Below, one piece after another: positions 7,086-16,697 of a DNA stretch of 59,518 bases. The stretch covers positions 1-59,518 of IMG/VR virus record IMGVR_UViG_3300033076_000460, one strand, 5' to 3'. Numbering within the stretch: position 1 is the stretch's first letter; the number at the start of each line of letters is the position of its first letter. A program made the translations under genes and the position numbers. This stretch comes from a virus (taxonomy: Duplodnaviria > Caudoviricetes). The notes beneath the pieces were generated by a model that was not told where the DNA came from, did not search any database, and saw only the letters and a program-made list of their open reading frames with translations.

Positions 7086-8620
7086 GGCCTGAAACACCGG
7101 TTTCAACCATGGATGCGGAGCTGCAACTGCTGCTCAGCCAGCTAGACAAGCTGCCGGAGGCCCAAAAACGGCTCATTTTGCAGGATTTGGAGCGCCGCGA
7201 GCAGCTCTACGAGAAGCAGCAGGCCCGTGACACCTTCATGGGGTTCGTGAACAAGGTCTGGCCGGACTTCATTGGTGGCCGGCACCACTCGATCATGGCC
7301 AAAGCGTTCGAGCGGGTGGCCCGGGGTGAATGCAAGCGGCTCATCATCAACATGCCGCCCCGCCATACCAAGTCTGAGTTTGCGTCGTACTTGCTGCCCG
7401 CTTGGTTCCTGGGGAAGTTCCCCAACAAGAAGGTGATTCAGACCTCGCACACCGCCGAACTGGCCGTTGGCTTTGGTCGCAAGGTCAGGAACTTGGTGGA
7501 CTCGGACGTTTACCACGACATCTTCCCCACTTTGCAGCTGCAAGCGGACTCCAAGGCGGCGGGCCGCTGGAACACCAGCAAGCAGGGTGACTATTTCGCC
7601 ATCGGTGTGGGCGGTGCTGTGACCGGTAAGGGTGCGCACCTGCTGATCATCGACGATCCGCACTCTGAACAGGAGGCGGCGCTGGCGGCGACCAACCCGG
7701 ATGTGTACGACAAGGTCTATGAGTGGTACACGTCAGGTCCGCGTCAGCGTCTCCAGCCGGGCGGGGCCATTGTGATCGTGATGACCCGCTGGTCGCAGCG
7801 TGACTTGACTGGCCAAGTGATCAAGGCCAGTGCGCAGCGTGGTGGCGAGGAGTGGGAGGTCATCGAGTTCCCGGCCATCCTGCCCTCGGGCAACCCGCTG
7901 TGGCCCGAGTTCTGGAGCTTGCAGGAGTTGCAGGCGCTCAAGGACGAACTGCCCAACTCCAAGTGGCAGGCCCAGTACCAGCAGAACCCGGTGGGCAACG
8001 AGTCGGCCATCATCAAGCGCGACTGGTGGCAGTGGTGGGAAGAGGACAACCCGCCCGAGTGCGAGTACATCTTGCAGGCGTGGGACACGGCGTTTGAGAA
8101 GACTCAGCGTGCTGACTATTCAGCGGGCACGACGTGGGGTGTCTTCACTCACCACAAGGACAACACCAAGAACCTCATCCTGCTCAACACGTACAAGAAG
8201 CGTGTCGAGTTCCCAGAGCTGAAGAAGGATGTGATGTACGAGTACAAAATGTACGAACCAGACACATTGCTCGTGGAGAAGAAGGCGTCTGGAGCGCCGC
8301 TGATCTACGATCTGCGGGCGATGGGGATCCCCGTAAGTGAGTACGTGCCAAGCAGGGGGCAGGACAAAATCGCCCGTTTGAACTCTGTTTCCGACATAAT
8401 CGCGTCGGGAAGAGTGTGGGTTCCTAGGACTCCTTGGGCTGAAGAATTAGTTGATGAAATCGCAGAATTCCCCAACGGAGAGAACGACGACTTGGTTGAT
8501 TCGACAACGCTGGCGCTCATGCGGTTTCGTCAGGGCGGGTTCCTCCGTTTGCCAACGGACGAGCCCGAAGAAATTGAATGGTTCCGTAGCCCCCGCAGAG
8601 AGCGGTACTACACAGTTTAA
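7082..8620 (+). CDS. terL: terminase large subunit
   Basis: MPPRHTKSE Walker A, LLIIDDPH Walker B, VMTRW, YQQNP, nuclease WDTA and NDDLVDS. Confidence 0.97.
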   Translation: MRPETPVSTMDAELQLLLSQLDKLPEAQKRLILQDLERREQLYEKQQARDTFMGFVNKVWPDFIGGRHHSIMAKAFERVARGECKRLIINMPPRHTKSEFASYLLPAWFLGKFPNKKVIQTSHTAELAVGFGRKVRNLVDSDVYHDIFPTLQLQADSKAAGRWNTSKQGDYFAIGVGGAVTGKGAHLLIIDDPHSEQEAALAATNPDVYDKVYEWYTSGPRQRLQPGGAIVIVMTRWSQRDLTGQVIKASAQRGGEEWEVIEFPAILPSGNPLWPEFWSLQELQALKDELPNSKWQAQYQQNPVGNESAIIKRDWWQWWEEDNPPECEYILQAWDTAFEKTQRADYSAGTTWGVFTHHKDNTKNLILLNTYKKRVEFPELKKDVMYEYKMYEPDTLLVEKKASGAPLIYDLRAMGIPVSEYVPSRGQDKIARLNSVSDIIASGRVWVPRTPWAEELVDEIAEFPNGENDDLVDSTTLALMRFRQGGFLRLPTDEPEEIEWFRSPRRERYYTV

Positions 8621-8629
8621 GGACGCATC

Positions 8630-11152
8630 ATGGCAACATTTGGAATGGACAAGGGTCTGTATCAAGCACCGCAGGGCTTGCCCGGGTTTGGCCAGTCAGA
8701 CATCCCGGCAGAGGGTCTTGAGATCGAGATTGAGGATCCCGAGGCGGTTCACATCGGCCTTGGTGGTTTGGAGATTGATCTGGAGAAGAAGCGGCCCAAC
8801 GAGGGCGGTGACTTCGACGCCAACCTCGCCGAGCTGATGGACGACAAAGAGTTGGCCACGCTGGCCACTGATCTGATCGCCGACTTTGAGAAGGACATGT
8901 CCGACCGCAAGGACTGGGTGCAGACCTACATCGACGGCTTGAAGCTCTTGGGCCTGAAGTATGAAGAGCGTACCGAGCCTTGGCAGGGGGCCTGTGGCGT
9001 GTTCCACCCGATGCTCACTGAGTCCGTGGTCAGGTTCCAGTCAGAGGCCATGATGGAGACGTTCCCAGCCATGGGGCCCGTCAAGACCCAGATCGTTGGG
9101 GCCATCGACAAGTACCGTGAAGAGTGTGCCGCTCGCGTGCGCGAGGACATGAACTTCCAGCTGACCGAGGTGATGACTGAGTATCGCTCGGAGCATGAGA
9201 AGCTCCTGTGGGCGTTGCCGATCGCGGGCTCCGCGTTCAAGAAGGTCTACTACGACCCGAGCAAGGGCCGGCAGGTTGCCATGTTCATCCCCGCTGAGGA
9301 CATGGTCGTGCCCTACGGCGCGAGTAACTTGGAGGAGGCCGAGCGCGTGACGCACATCATGCGCAAGACCGAGAATGAGATTCGCAGGCTCCAAGAGGCG
9401 GGCTTCTACGTGGACGTGGAGCTGGGCGAGCCCACTCATGCGTTGGATGACATCGAGAAGCAGAAGGCCGAAGAGGGCGGCATGAGCGCCATCCAAGATG
9501 ACCGCTACCGCGTGCTTGAGATGCACGTCATGCTGGACCTGCCGGGCTTTGAGCACACGGACAAGAAGGGTGAGCCCACGGGCATCGCGCTGCCCTACGT
9601 CGTGACAATCGAGAAGGGAACGACTACCATTCTGGCCATCCGCCGCAATTGGTATGAAGATGACTCGCTCCACACAAAACGCCAACACTTCGTCCACTAC
9701 CAATACATCCCCGGCTTCGGGTTTTACGGATACGGACTCATCCATCTTATTGGAGGTTACGCTAAGTCCGCTACCATGCTCATCCGCCAATTGGTTGATG
9801 CTGGGACTCTCTCGAATCTCCCCGGGGGCCTTAAATCACGGGGCCTTCGCGTTAAAGGTGATGACACACCCATTCAACCGGGGGAATTCAGGGACGTAGA
9901 CGTCCCCTCCGGTTCGATCCGCGACAACATCCTGCCGCTGCCCTACAAGGAGCCTTCGCAGGTTCTCTTCGCGCTGTTCAACCAGATCGTGTCTGAGGGC
10001 CGGGCCTTCGCCTCCAGTGGTGACATGAAGGTGTCGGACATGTCCAGTCAAGCACCGGTGGGCACGACTCTGGCCATCCTTGAGCGCACGCTGAAGGTGA
10101 TGAGCGCGGTGCAGGCCCGCCTGCACTTTGCGATGAAGCAGGAGTTCAAGCTTCTCAAGGTCATCATCGCCGACTACTGCCCCGAGGAGTACGACTACCA
10201 GCCGGTGGATGGCTCGCGTCGGGCTCGCCGCGAAGACTACGACATGGTGGACGTGATCCCCGTGTCCGACCCCAACGCAGCCACGATGGCCCAGAAGGTT
10301 GTGCAGTACCAAGCTGTGCTCCAGCTGGCGCAGACGGCTCCTCAGCTGTACGACCTGCCCCTGCTGCACCGGCAGATGATCGAGGTGCTTGGCATCAAGA
10401 ACGCTGCCAAGCTCGTGCCGATCGAGGACGATGCTGTGCCGATCGACCCCGTGCAGGAGAACCAGAACCTCCTGAACATGCAGTCGGTCAAGGCGTTCAT
10501 GGAGCAGAACCACGAGGCGCACATCGCCGTTCACATGGCCGCGATCCAGAACCCCCGCATCCAGCAGATGATGCAGCAGAACCCCATGGCGCAGCAGATC
10601 TTGGCCGCAGCGATGGCTCACATCAACGAGCACATTGCGTTCCAGATGCGCTTGGAGATCGAGCAGCTCATGGGCACGACGCTGCCCCCGATGGAGAAGA
10701 AGGGCGAGGAGAGCCAGCAGATCCCCCGCGAACAGGCCGACCAGATCGCTGTCATGGCCGCACAAGCCGCCACTCAACTCCTCCAGCGCGACCAGCAAGC
10801 AGCAGCGCAAGCCGCGGCTCAGCAGCAGATGCAGGATCCTGTGGTTCAGATGCAGATGCAAGAACTCCAGCTGCGTCAGCAAGAGGTGCAGCTCAAGGCT
10901 CAGAAGCAGCAGATCGAGGCCGCAGAGAAGGCCGACCGTCTGCGCATCGAGCAGGAGCGCATCAACGCCCAGAAAGAGATTGCCGCCATGCAGGTGGGCG
11001 CTCAGGCCGCTGCCAACAAAGACAAGCTGGCACGTCAGCAGCAGACCGAAGGTATGCGTATGGGCGTGGATCTCGCCAAACACCGTGCGCAGATGGCCTC
11101 ACAGCAACGCGCTTCACAACCCAAACCGCCTTCGAAGAAAGAATCTAAATGA
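8630..11152 (+). CDS. portal protein with Gln-rich coiled-coil barrel
   Basis: Follows TerL; GSAFKKVYYD motif; P22-like long Q/A-rich C-terminus. Confidence 0.9.
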   Translation: MATFGMDKGLYQAPQGLPGFGQSDIPAEGLEIEIEDPEAVHIGLGGLEIDLEKKRPNEGGDFDANLAELMDDKELATLATDLIADFEKDMSDRKDWVQTYIDGLKLLGLKYEERTEPWQGACGVFHPMLTESVVRFQSEAMMETFPAMGPVKTQIVGAIDKYREECAARVREDMNFQLTEVMTEYRSEHEKLLWALPIAGSAFKKVYYDPSKGRQVAMFIPAEDMVVPYGASNLEEAERVTHIMRKTENEIRRLQEAGFYVDVELGEPTHALDDIEKQKAEEGGMSAIQDDRYRVLEMHVMLDLPGFEHTDKKGEPTGIALPYVVTIEKGTTTILAIRRNWYEDDSLHTKRQHFVHYQYIPGFGFYGYGLIHLIGGYAKSATMLIRQLVDAGTLSNLPGGLKSRGLRVKGDDTPIQPGEFRDVDVPSGSIRDNILPLPYKEPSQVLFALFNQIVSEGRAFASSGDMKVSDMSSQAPVGTTLAILERTLKVMSAVQARLHFAMKQEFKLLKVIIADYCPEEYDYQPVDGSRRARREDYDMVDVIPVSDPNAATMAQKVVQYQAVLQLAQTAPQLYDLPLLHRQMIEVLGIKNAAKLVPIEDDAVPIDPVQENQNLLNMQSVKAFMEQNHEAHIAVHMAAIQNPRIQQMMQQNPMAQQILAAAMAHINEHIAFQMRLEIEQLMGTTLPPMEKKGEESQQIPREQADQIAVMAAQAATQLLQRDQQAAAQAAAQQQMQDPVVQMQMQELQLRQQEVQLKAQKQQIEAAEKADRLRIEQERINAQKEIAAMQVGAQAAANKDKLARQQQTEGMRMGVDLAKHRAQMASQQRASQPKPPSKKESK

Positions 11153-11343
11153 GAGAAACGATCCAAGTGCTTGCACTTGTGCAGAAAGAACTTCGGAAAC
11201 TCGCTGACGAAAACACCGCCTACTTGGCTGCAAGTCGCGCTGATTCCTACGATGAGTACAAAAAAATCTGCGGGGTGATCCGAGGTCTAGGTCTCGCAGA
11301 TTCCATCATCAATGACCTCGTGCAAAAAATGGAGCGTGAATGA
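11149..11343 (+). CDS. small conserved head-module protein
   Basis: ATGA-coupled between portal and GroES-like gene; YKKICGVIRGL. Confidence 0.7.
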   Translation: MRETIQVLALVQKELRKLADENTAYLAASRADSYDEYKKICGVIRGLGLADSIINDLVQKMERE

Positions 11344-11753
11344 ACGACATCAATCCGGCCCTTGCGGTGGATCTATCCAAGATCCTCAACAACTCAGCCG
11401 AGCAAAAGGCAAAACAACTGCCTGACCCCAAAACCTACCATCTCTTGTGTGTGGTTCCCGAAGCAATGGAGGAATATGCAGACAGTGAAGTGGGTTTGGT
11501 CAAGTCTGACAAGACCATGCACTACGAGGAGGTTCTGACCCCCGTGCTGTTTGTGGTCAAACTTGGTCCCGACGCATTCAAGAACGAGAAATTGTTCCCG
11601 ACTGGACCATCGTGCAAGGTCGGTGACTTCGTCATCGTGCGCCCCAATTCAGGCACCCGCCTGAAGATTCATGGCCGAGAGTTCCGGATCATCAACGATG
11701 AGTCGGTCGAGGCTGTTGTTGAAGACCCGCGAGGCATCAGCCGCGCTGCTTGA
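11340..11753 (+). CDS. groES: GroES-like co-chaperonin
   Basis: LPDPKTYHLLCV...VVKLGP...KVGDFVIVRPNSGTRLKIHGREFRIINDESVEAVV, Cpn10 pattern. Confidence 0.85.
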   Translation: MNDINPALAVDLSKILNNSAEQKAKQLPDPKTYHLLCVVPEAMEEYADSEVGLVKSDKTMHYEEVLTPVLFVVKLGPDAFKNEKLFPTGPSCKVGDFVIVRPNSGTRLKIHGREFRIINDESVEAVVEDPRGISRAA

Positions 11754-11764
11754 GGAGTTGAAGC

Positions 11765-12769
11765 ATGGCAAATAAGTTTGGTGAAGAGTTTAAGTTCCCC
11801 GATGAGGTGGACGACAAAGAAGAACAGAAGGCTGAGAAGCTGGAAGTTGAAATTGAAGACGACACCCCCGAAGAAGATCGCGGGCGTAAACCTTCGAAGC
11901 GACCCATTGAAGAAGTGACTGACGATGAACTTGCGTCTTACGACGAGAAAGTTCAAAGCCGCATCAAGCGTTTCACTCGTGGGTACCACGATGAGCGCCG
12001 TGCAAAAGAGGCGGCAGAGCGTGAGCGGCAGGCGGCTGAAGCGTTTGCTCGTCAGGTCTTCGAAGAGAACAAGAAGCTCAAGGAGCAGCTGTCTACCGGC
12101 AGTAAGGCGTACATCGAGACGTCCAAGTCCGCCGCAGAAGCTGAGCTTGAAGCCGCCAAGGCTCGGTACAAGAAGGCGTATGAAGACGCCAACCCCGACG
12201 AAATCGTCCAAGCTCAGGAAGCTATCGCCAAAGCCACGGTCAAACTTGATCGTGTCGGGGTGATGAAGCCTATCGAGATTGAGGCGGAAGAACGAGAGTT
12301 CAAAGTCCCCCCAGCCCAGCAAGCCGAACCGTCCACCCCACCGGTCAGCCGTCGCACCCAGAAATGGATGGACGACAACGCAGACTGGTTTGGCCGCGAC
12401 ACCGAAATGACGGGCGCTGTGATGGGGCTTGACCAAAAGCTGCAAAAGCAGTATGGTGCGGACTATGTCGGTACAAAAGAGTATTTCGATACCATTGACC
12501 GTACAATCCGAAAACGATTTCCTGAGTATTTTGAAGATGCTCAGAGCCAAGAGGACAACGATCCGCCTCCTGAGAAAAAGGTCGAACCGGCTGAGGACGA
12601 AACTCCCCGCCGTGCATCAAAAGCAGCTACGGTTGTGGCCCCGGCCTCACGTAGCACCCCGCCTAGTCGCGTCAAATTGAAGGCATCCGAAGCTGCGATC
12701 GCTCGCAGGCTTGGGGTTCCGATTGAACTGTACGCACAACAGGTTGCCAAACTTAATAGAGGTGAATGA
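11765..12769 (+). CDS. capsid scaffolding protein (probable)
   Basis: Acidic coiled coil; C-terminal AIARRLGVPIELYA helix; located between portal and capsid. Confidence 0.7.
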   Translation: MANKFGEEFKFPDEVDDKEEQKAEKLEVEIEDDTPEEDRGRKPSKRPIEEVTDDELASYDEKVQSRIKRFTRGYHDERRAKEAAERERQAAEAFARQVFEENKKLKEQLSTGSKAYIETSKSAAEAELEAAKARYKKAYEDANPDEIVQAQEAIAKATVKLDRVGVMKPIEIEAEEREFKVPPAQQAEPSTPPVSRRTQKWMDDNADWFGRDTEMTGAVMGLDQKLQKQYGADYVGTKEYFDTIDRTIRKRFPEYFEDAQSQEDNDPPPEKKVEPAEDETPRRASKAATVVAPASRSTPPSRVKLKASEAAIARRLGVPIELYAQQVAKLNRGE

Positions 12770-13257
12770 TGGAACAAGCAGAAACTCAAACTCGTGGTCG
12801 TCAAGGTCGTCTGGTGGCAGAACATGAAGCAAGGGTGGGCCGAGCCCCCCAGCGCCCTCAACAGTGGCGTGCTCCTGAAACGCTTCCTAACCCCGATGAG
12901 CGCCCCGGTTGGGCTCACCGTTGGGTCCGTGTTTCGACTCTCGGAACCGCTGATCCCTCAAACATCTCCGGCAAGTTGCGCGAAGGGTACGAGCCTTGCA
13001 AGGCAGAAGACTACCCTGAGCTGATGTTGCACGCCACCACTGAAGGTCGCTTCAAAGGAAGCATCGAAGTGGGCGGACTGTTGCTCTGCCGCATTCCAAA
13101 AGAATTCATGGGACAACGCGCTGAGTTTTACGAAACCCAGAACAAGGCCCAGATGGAATCGGTGGACAACAATTTCCTTCGTGAAAGGGACGGTCGTTCG
13201 AATATGGCGTTGTTCGCCGATAAGAAAACGAGCGTCAGTTTCGGTTCTGGTTCTTAA
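12766..13257 (+). CDS. conserved head-module hypothetical protein
   Basis: RWVRVST...GGLLLCRIP; GAGGTG RBS. Confidence 0.75.
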   Translation: MMEQAETQTRGRQGRLVAEHEARVGRAPQRPQQWRAPETLPNPDERPGWAHRWVRVSTLGTADPSNISGKLREGYEPCKAEDYPELMLHATTEGRFKGSIEVGGLLLCRIPKEFMGQRAEFYETQNKAQMESVDNNFLRERDGRSNMALFADKKTSVSFGSGS

Positions 13258-13274
13258 CTTTTTGGAGTCCTTAA

Positions 13275-13931
13275 ATGGCATATCCTACCGTTGACGCCCC
13301 CTACGGGCTGAAGCCGATCAATCTGATCGGTGGGCAGGTGTTTGCTGGCGCGACTCGTCAACTCGTCATCACCGCAAATTATGCAACTAGCATTTATTAC
13401 GGTGATGCGCTGACGATCGTTGCTGGTGGCACTGTTGAAAAAGACTCTGGCACTACGACCGCCACTCCTGTTGGCGTGTTCCTTGGTTGCCAGTACGTGA
13501 GCGCCGCGACCGGCCAGACCACCTTTGCGCAGTACTACCCTGCAAGCTTGGCGGTCAAGTCTGGTACTAACGTGTTGGCCTTCGTGGCTGACGATCCTGA
13601 TCAGTTGTTCAAGGTTGTGCTGGTTGCCGGTACGACTGCGGACGGCAACGGCTTGACCCCCACCTTCTTGGGTCGCACCGTGATCGGCTCGAACGCTCAG
13701 TTGGTTCAAAACACCGGTTCCACCGTGACCGGCGACTCCAAGGTTGGTATCTATACCGCCGCAGGGGCCACCACCACGGCAACCCTCCCCATCCGCATCA
13801 TTGATGTGGTTCCCGATACTGCCAACTCTTCCGGTAACTTCTGCGAAGTCATCGTGAAGTGGAACGCCCCCAATGTGACCGGTCAAGTGGTTGCTGGTGG
13901 TCATCAGTATCTCAACCCGACTGGCGTCTGA
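13275..13931 (+). CDS. capsid decoration/cement protein (probable)
   Basis: Beta-rich, directly before the capsid gene, strong codon bias. Confidence 0.6.
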   Translation: MAYPTVDAPYGLKPINLIGGQVFAGATRQLVITANYATSIYYGDALTIVAGGTVEKDSGTTTATPVGVFLGCQYVSAATGQTTFAQYYPASLAVKSGTNVLAFVADDPDQLFKVVLVAGTTADGNGLTPTFLGRTVIGSNAQLVQNTGSTVTGDSKVGIYTAAGATTTATLPIRIIDVVPDTANSSGNFCEVIVKWNAPNVTGQVVAGGHQYLNPTGV

Positions 13932-13946
13932 TCCAAGGAGTAAAAA

Positions 13947-14858
13947 ATGGCTATTTCACGCGCACAACTGCTGAAAGAGTTGCTCCCCGGCCTGAACGCC
14001 CTGTTCGGTCTGGAGTACGCTCGCTACGGCGAAGAACACAAAGAGATCTACGAAACCGAGACCTCTGAGCGTTCGTTTGAAGAAGAAACCAAGCTGTCTG
14101 GCTTCTCTGCCGCACCGGTGAAGAACGAAGGTTCTGCCATCGCGTACGACAACGCACAGGAAGCTTGGACCACCCGCTATACGCACGAAACCATCGCTCT
14201 GGGTTTCTCGATCACCGAAGAGGCGATCGAAGACAACCTGTACGACAGCTTGTCTGCTCGTTACACCAAGTCGCTGGCCCGTGCCATGGCTTACACCAAG
14301 CAGGTCAAGGCCGCAGCCGTCCTGAACAACGGCTTCTCCGCCAGCTACCCCGGTGGCGACGGTGTTGCTCTGTTCAGCACTGCTCACCCCTTGGTTTCTG
14401 GTGGAACCAACAGCAACACTCCCTCCACCCAAGTTGACCTGAATGAGACTTCCTTGGAAGCCGCCATCATTCAGATCGCCGCTTGGACGGATGAACGTGG
14501 TCTGTTGATCGCCGCCAAGCCCAAGAAGATGGTGATCCCCCCGGCTCTGATGTTCGTTGCTGAGCGTCTCCTTGAGACTTCTCTGCGTGTCGGTACCAAC
14601 GACAACGACATCAACGCCATCAAGAACATGGGCGCTGTGCCGGAAGGCTACACCGTCAACCACTTCTTGACGGATCCCAACGCTTGGTTCCTGACGACCG
14701 ACGTGCCCAACGGCATGAAGCACTTTGTCCGCACCCCCTTGCAGAACGGCATGGATGGTGACTTCGACACTGGCAACGTGCGCTACAAGTCCCGTGAGCG
14801 TTACAGCTTCGGCTGGTCTGACCCTCTCGGTATGTGGGGCTCTTCAGGTTCGTCCTGA
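13947..14858 (+). CDS. major capsid protein
   Basis: MAISRAQLLKELLPGLNALFG...GGDGVALFSTAHP...RERYSFGWSD; AAGGAG RBS; followed by a terminator. Confidence 0.92.
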   Translation: MAISRAQLLKELLPGLNALFGLEYARYGEEHKEIYETETSERSFEEETKLSGFSAAPVKNEGSAIAYDNAQEAWTTRYTHETIALGFSITEEAIEDNLYDSLSARYTKSLARAMAYTKQVKAAAVLNNGFSASYPGGDGVALFSTAHPLVSGGTNSNTPSTQVDLNETSLEAAIIQIAAWTDERGLLIAAKPKKMVIPPALMFVAERLLETSLRVGTNDNDINAIKNMGAVPEGYTVNHFLTDPNAWFLTTDVPNGMKHFVRTPLQNGMDGDFDTGNVRYKSRERYSFGWSDPLGMWGSSGSS

Positions 14859-14868
14859 TGAGATGAAG

Positions 14869-14897
14869 AAGGGGGCCCTTGTGGCCCCTTTCTTTTT
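14869..14897 (+). terminator. intrinsic terminator after the capsid gene
   Basis: AAGGGGGCC...GGCCCCTT stem followed by TCTTTTT. Confidence 0.8.
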
Positions 14898-14914
14898 GGG
14901 GTATATTGACCCCA

Positions 14915-14988
14915 ACCGGAGTTCCCGGTGTGTCAGACTGATCCGGCAGATGCGTACACAACTGACACGCTGATCTTTGTACGAAGGA
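14915..14988 (+). ncRNA. candidate pseudoknotted leader RNA
   Basis: Stem 14928-36/14962-70; CGTACA 14953-58 pairs with TGTACG 14978-83 next to the RBS; preceded by TTGTGG-17-TATATT. Confidence 0.5.
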
Positions 14989-14996
14989 CAATTCAA

Positions 14997-15446
14997 ATGG
15001 CTCTCTCTACGACCCAATCAATTTGGCGCTCGGGCGGCGGCGATCAAACTCGCACCGCTTACTGTGGTTCCGGCGTCATGGCCGCTCAGTTCTACATCGC
15101 TGACGCCTCTGTTGCTACCGCAACCAACGTCACCGTCTCCAACGGCGGTCCCGCTCTGATTCTTCCCCAAGGCGCAGTTGTGCTCTCCGTCGCGATCAAC
15201 GACGCAGGTGCAGGTTCTGTGGACCTCGGCACTCGTGGCTACAACAGCGGCACTGTGACCGGTGCGGCCATTGCAAACAACCTGTCGGTTGCTTCGGCTG
15301 GCGTTGTGACCAGCGGCCTCACCTTGACTGCTACCTCTGAGATGGCTTATGTCACCGTGACGATCGACACCAGCGGCGCTGGCACGGTTGGCGGCTACAT
15401 CACCTACTTTGTTGCAGATCCCTTGGTTGGCCAGCAGAACGTCTAA
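14997..15446 (+). CDS. virion structural protein (beta-rich)
   Basis: MALSTTQSIWRSGGG...; AAGGA RBS. Confidence 0.75.
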   Translation: MALSTTQSIWRSGGGDQTRTAYCGSGVMAAQFYIADASVATATNVTVSNGGPALILPQGAVVLSVAINDAGAGSVDLGTRGYNSGTVTGAAIANNLSVASAGVVTSGLTLTATSEMAYVTVTIDTSGAGTVGGYITYFVADPLVGQQNV

Positions 15447-15458
15447 AAGGAGCATCTC

Positions 15459-15749
15459 ATGACGATGCAATACGACGTTAAATCAGCGCACTTGAACGCG
15501 TCTGGTTCTGTTTTCGCAGGGCCAGCGCGGGTCAAAGGCTTCTCGATTTGCGCGACCGCCAGTCAGGCTGGAACCCTTCTTCTGAAAGATGGGGGTTCCG
15601 GTGGAACGACCTTGCTTGAAGTGGACATCCCGGCCAACTCAAACCCCAACTCGTTCTACACCCTGGTCCCCGGCGAAGGAATCAAGTTCAGCACAAACGT
15701 CTATGCGACGCTGACCAACATTGCTTCTGTCACGGTGTACTATGGCTAA
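15459..15749 (+). CDS. small virion protein
   Basis: AAGGAG RBS; PGEGIKF...VTVYYG. Confidence 0.75.
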   Translation: MTMQYDVKSAHLNASGSVFAGPARVKGFSICATASQAGTLLLKDGGSGGTTLLEVDIPANSNPNSFYTLVPGEGIKFSTNVYATLTNIASVTVYYG

Positions 15750-15996
15750 AACTCCAGCATGGCAACGCAAGGAAGGGAAGAATCCCAAAGGCGGCTTGAA
15801 CGCCAAAGGACGAGCTTCCTACAACAAAGCAAACCCGGGGAAGCCGGGGCTGAAAGCCCCGCAACCCGAGGGCGGCCCACGCCGAGACTCTTTTTGCGCC
15901 CGTATGGAAGGGATGAAAAAGAAATTGACGAGCGCAAAAACCGCAAAGGATCCCAATTCGAGGATTAACAAATCCTTGAGAGCATGGAACTGCTGA
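15742..15996 (+). CDS. small basic protein (DUF6321-like)
   Basis: MAKTPAWQRKEGKNPKGGLNAKGRASYN...SFCARM...SLRAWNC. Confidence 0.7.
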   Translation: MAKTPAWQRKEGKNPKGGLNAKGRASYNKANPGKPGLKAPQPEGGPRRDSFCARMEGMKKKLTSAKTAKDPNSRINKSLRAWNC

Positions 15997-15997
15997 C

Positions 15998-16207
15998 ATG
16001 GGCCAACACAACGACACAGTCAAGCATGGAATGGACGTTCTGGCGGCAATTGCTGCCATTTCGTCTTTTCTTCAGCTACTTACCCCTATCTTCGGTTTGA
16101 TCGGGGCGGTCTGGACGCTCATGCGCATTGCAGAGATGGTGTCAGGCAAGCCTTTTGCGGTCTTGATTGGGCGTAAAAAGGACGACGCAGATGCCAAGCA
16201 AGAGTAA
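15998..16207 (+). CDS. small membrane protein (holin-like)
   Basis: Two hydrophobic segments and a charged C-terminus. Confidence 0.55.
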   Translation: MGQHNDTVKHGMDVLAAIAAISSFLQLLTPIFGLIGAVWTLMRIAEMVSGKPFAVLIGRKKDDADAKQE

Positions 16208-16682
16208 AGCGCAACACAATTTCATGGCGGCTGTGGCCAACAGCCCCGAGTTCGCCAAGAAAGCAGGAGTCCCACAGTCCGTGGGCAGTGAGTTCGTGAA
16301 AGCGGACAAACGCAAGGCGATGGGCACTCGTGCCGATCTTCAATCAGTCAACAAGCCCAAGACCAATCAGGGCTCTCAAGAACTTTTCTCACGAGGTGGT
16401 GAAATGAAAGAATCCAAAGCGATGGCCAAGAAAGAGATCTCCTTCATGGAGAAAAAGGGCGCACCCAAGTCCATGATCAAACACGAAAAAGAGGAGTACG
16501 GTATGAAAAAAGGTGGCATGAAGAAGATGGCTTCTGGTGGTATCACCACTGCCAAAATGGGCGCAGTTCGCACCGCCGCCCCCAGCCGTGACGGTATCGC
16601 CGCCAAGGGCAAGACCAAAGGCACTCAGGTCAAGATGTCCGGCTCTAAGCCTCTGGGCATGAAAAAAGGCGGCAAGTGCTGA
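16191..16682 (+). CDS. Lys-rich small protein with repeated MKKGG/MASGG
   Basis: MPSKSKAQHNFMAAVA...; four xxGG motifs. Confidence 0.75.
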   Translation: MPSKSKAQHNFMAAVANSPEFAKKAGVPQSVGSEFVKADKRKAMGTRADLQSVNKPKTNQGSQELFSRGGEMKESKAMAKKEISFMEKKGAPKSMIKHEKEEYGMKKGGMKKMASGGITTAKMGAVRTAAPSRDGIAAKGKTKGTQVKMSGSKPLGMKKGGKC

Positions 16683-16697
16683 TTTAAGGAGGCCGTC

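Noticed and set aside
14855-14875. CTGATGA after the capsid stop resembles a hammerhead ribozyme core
   Set aside because: No stem II followed by GAAA; the sequence is explained by stop codons and the terminator.
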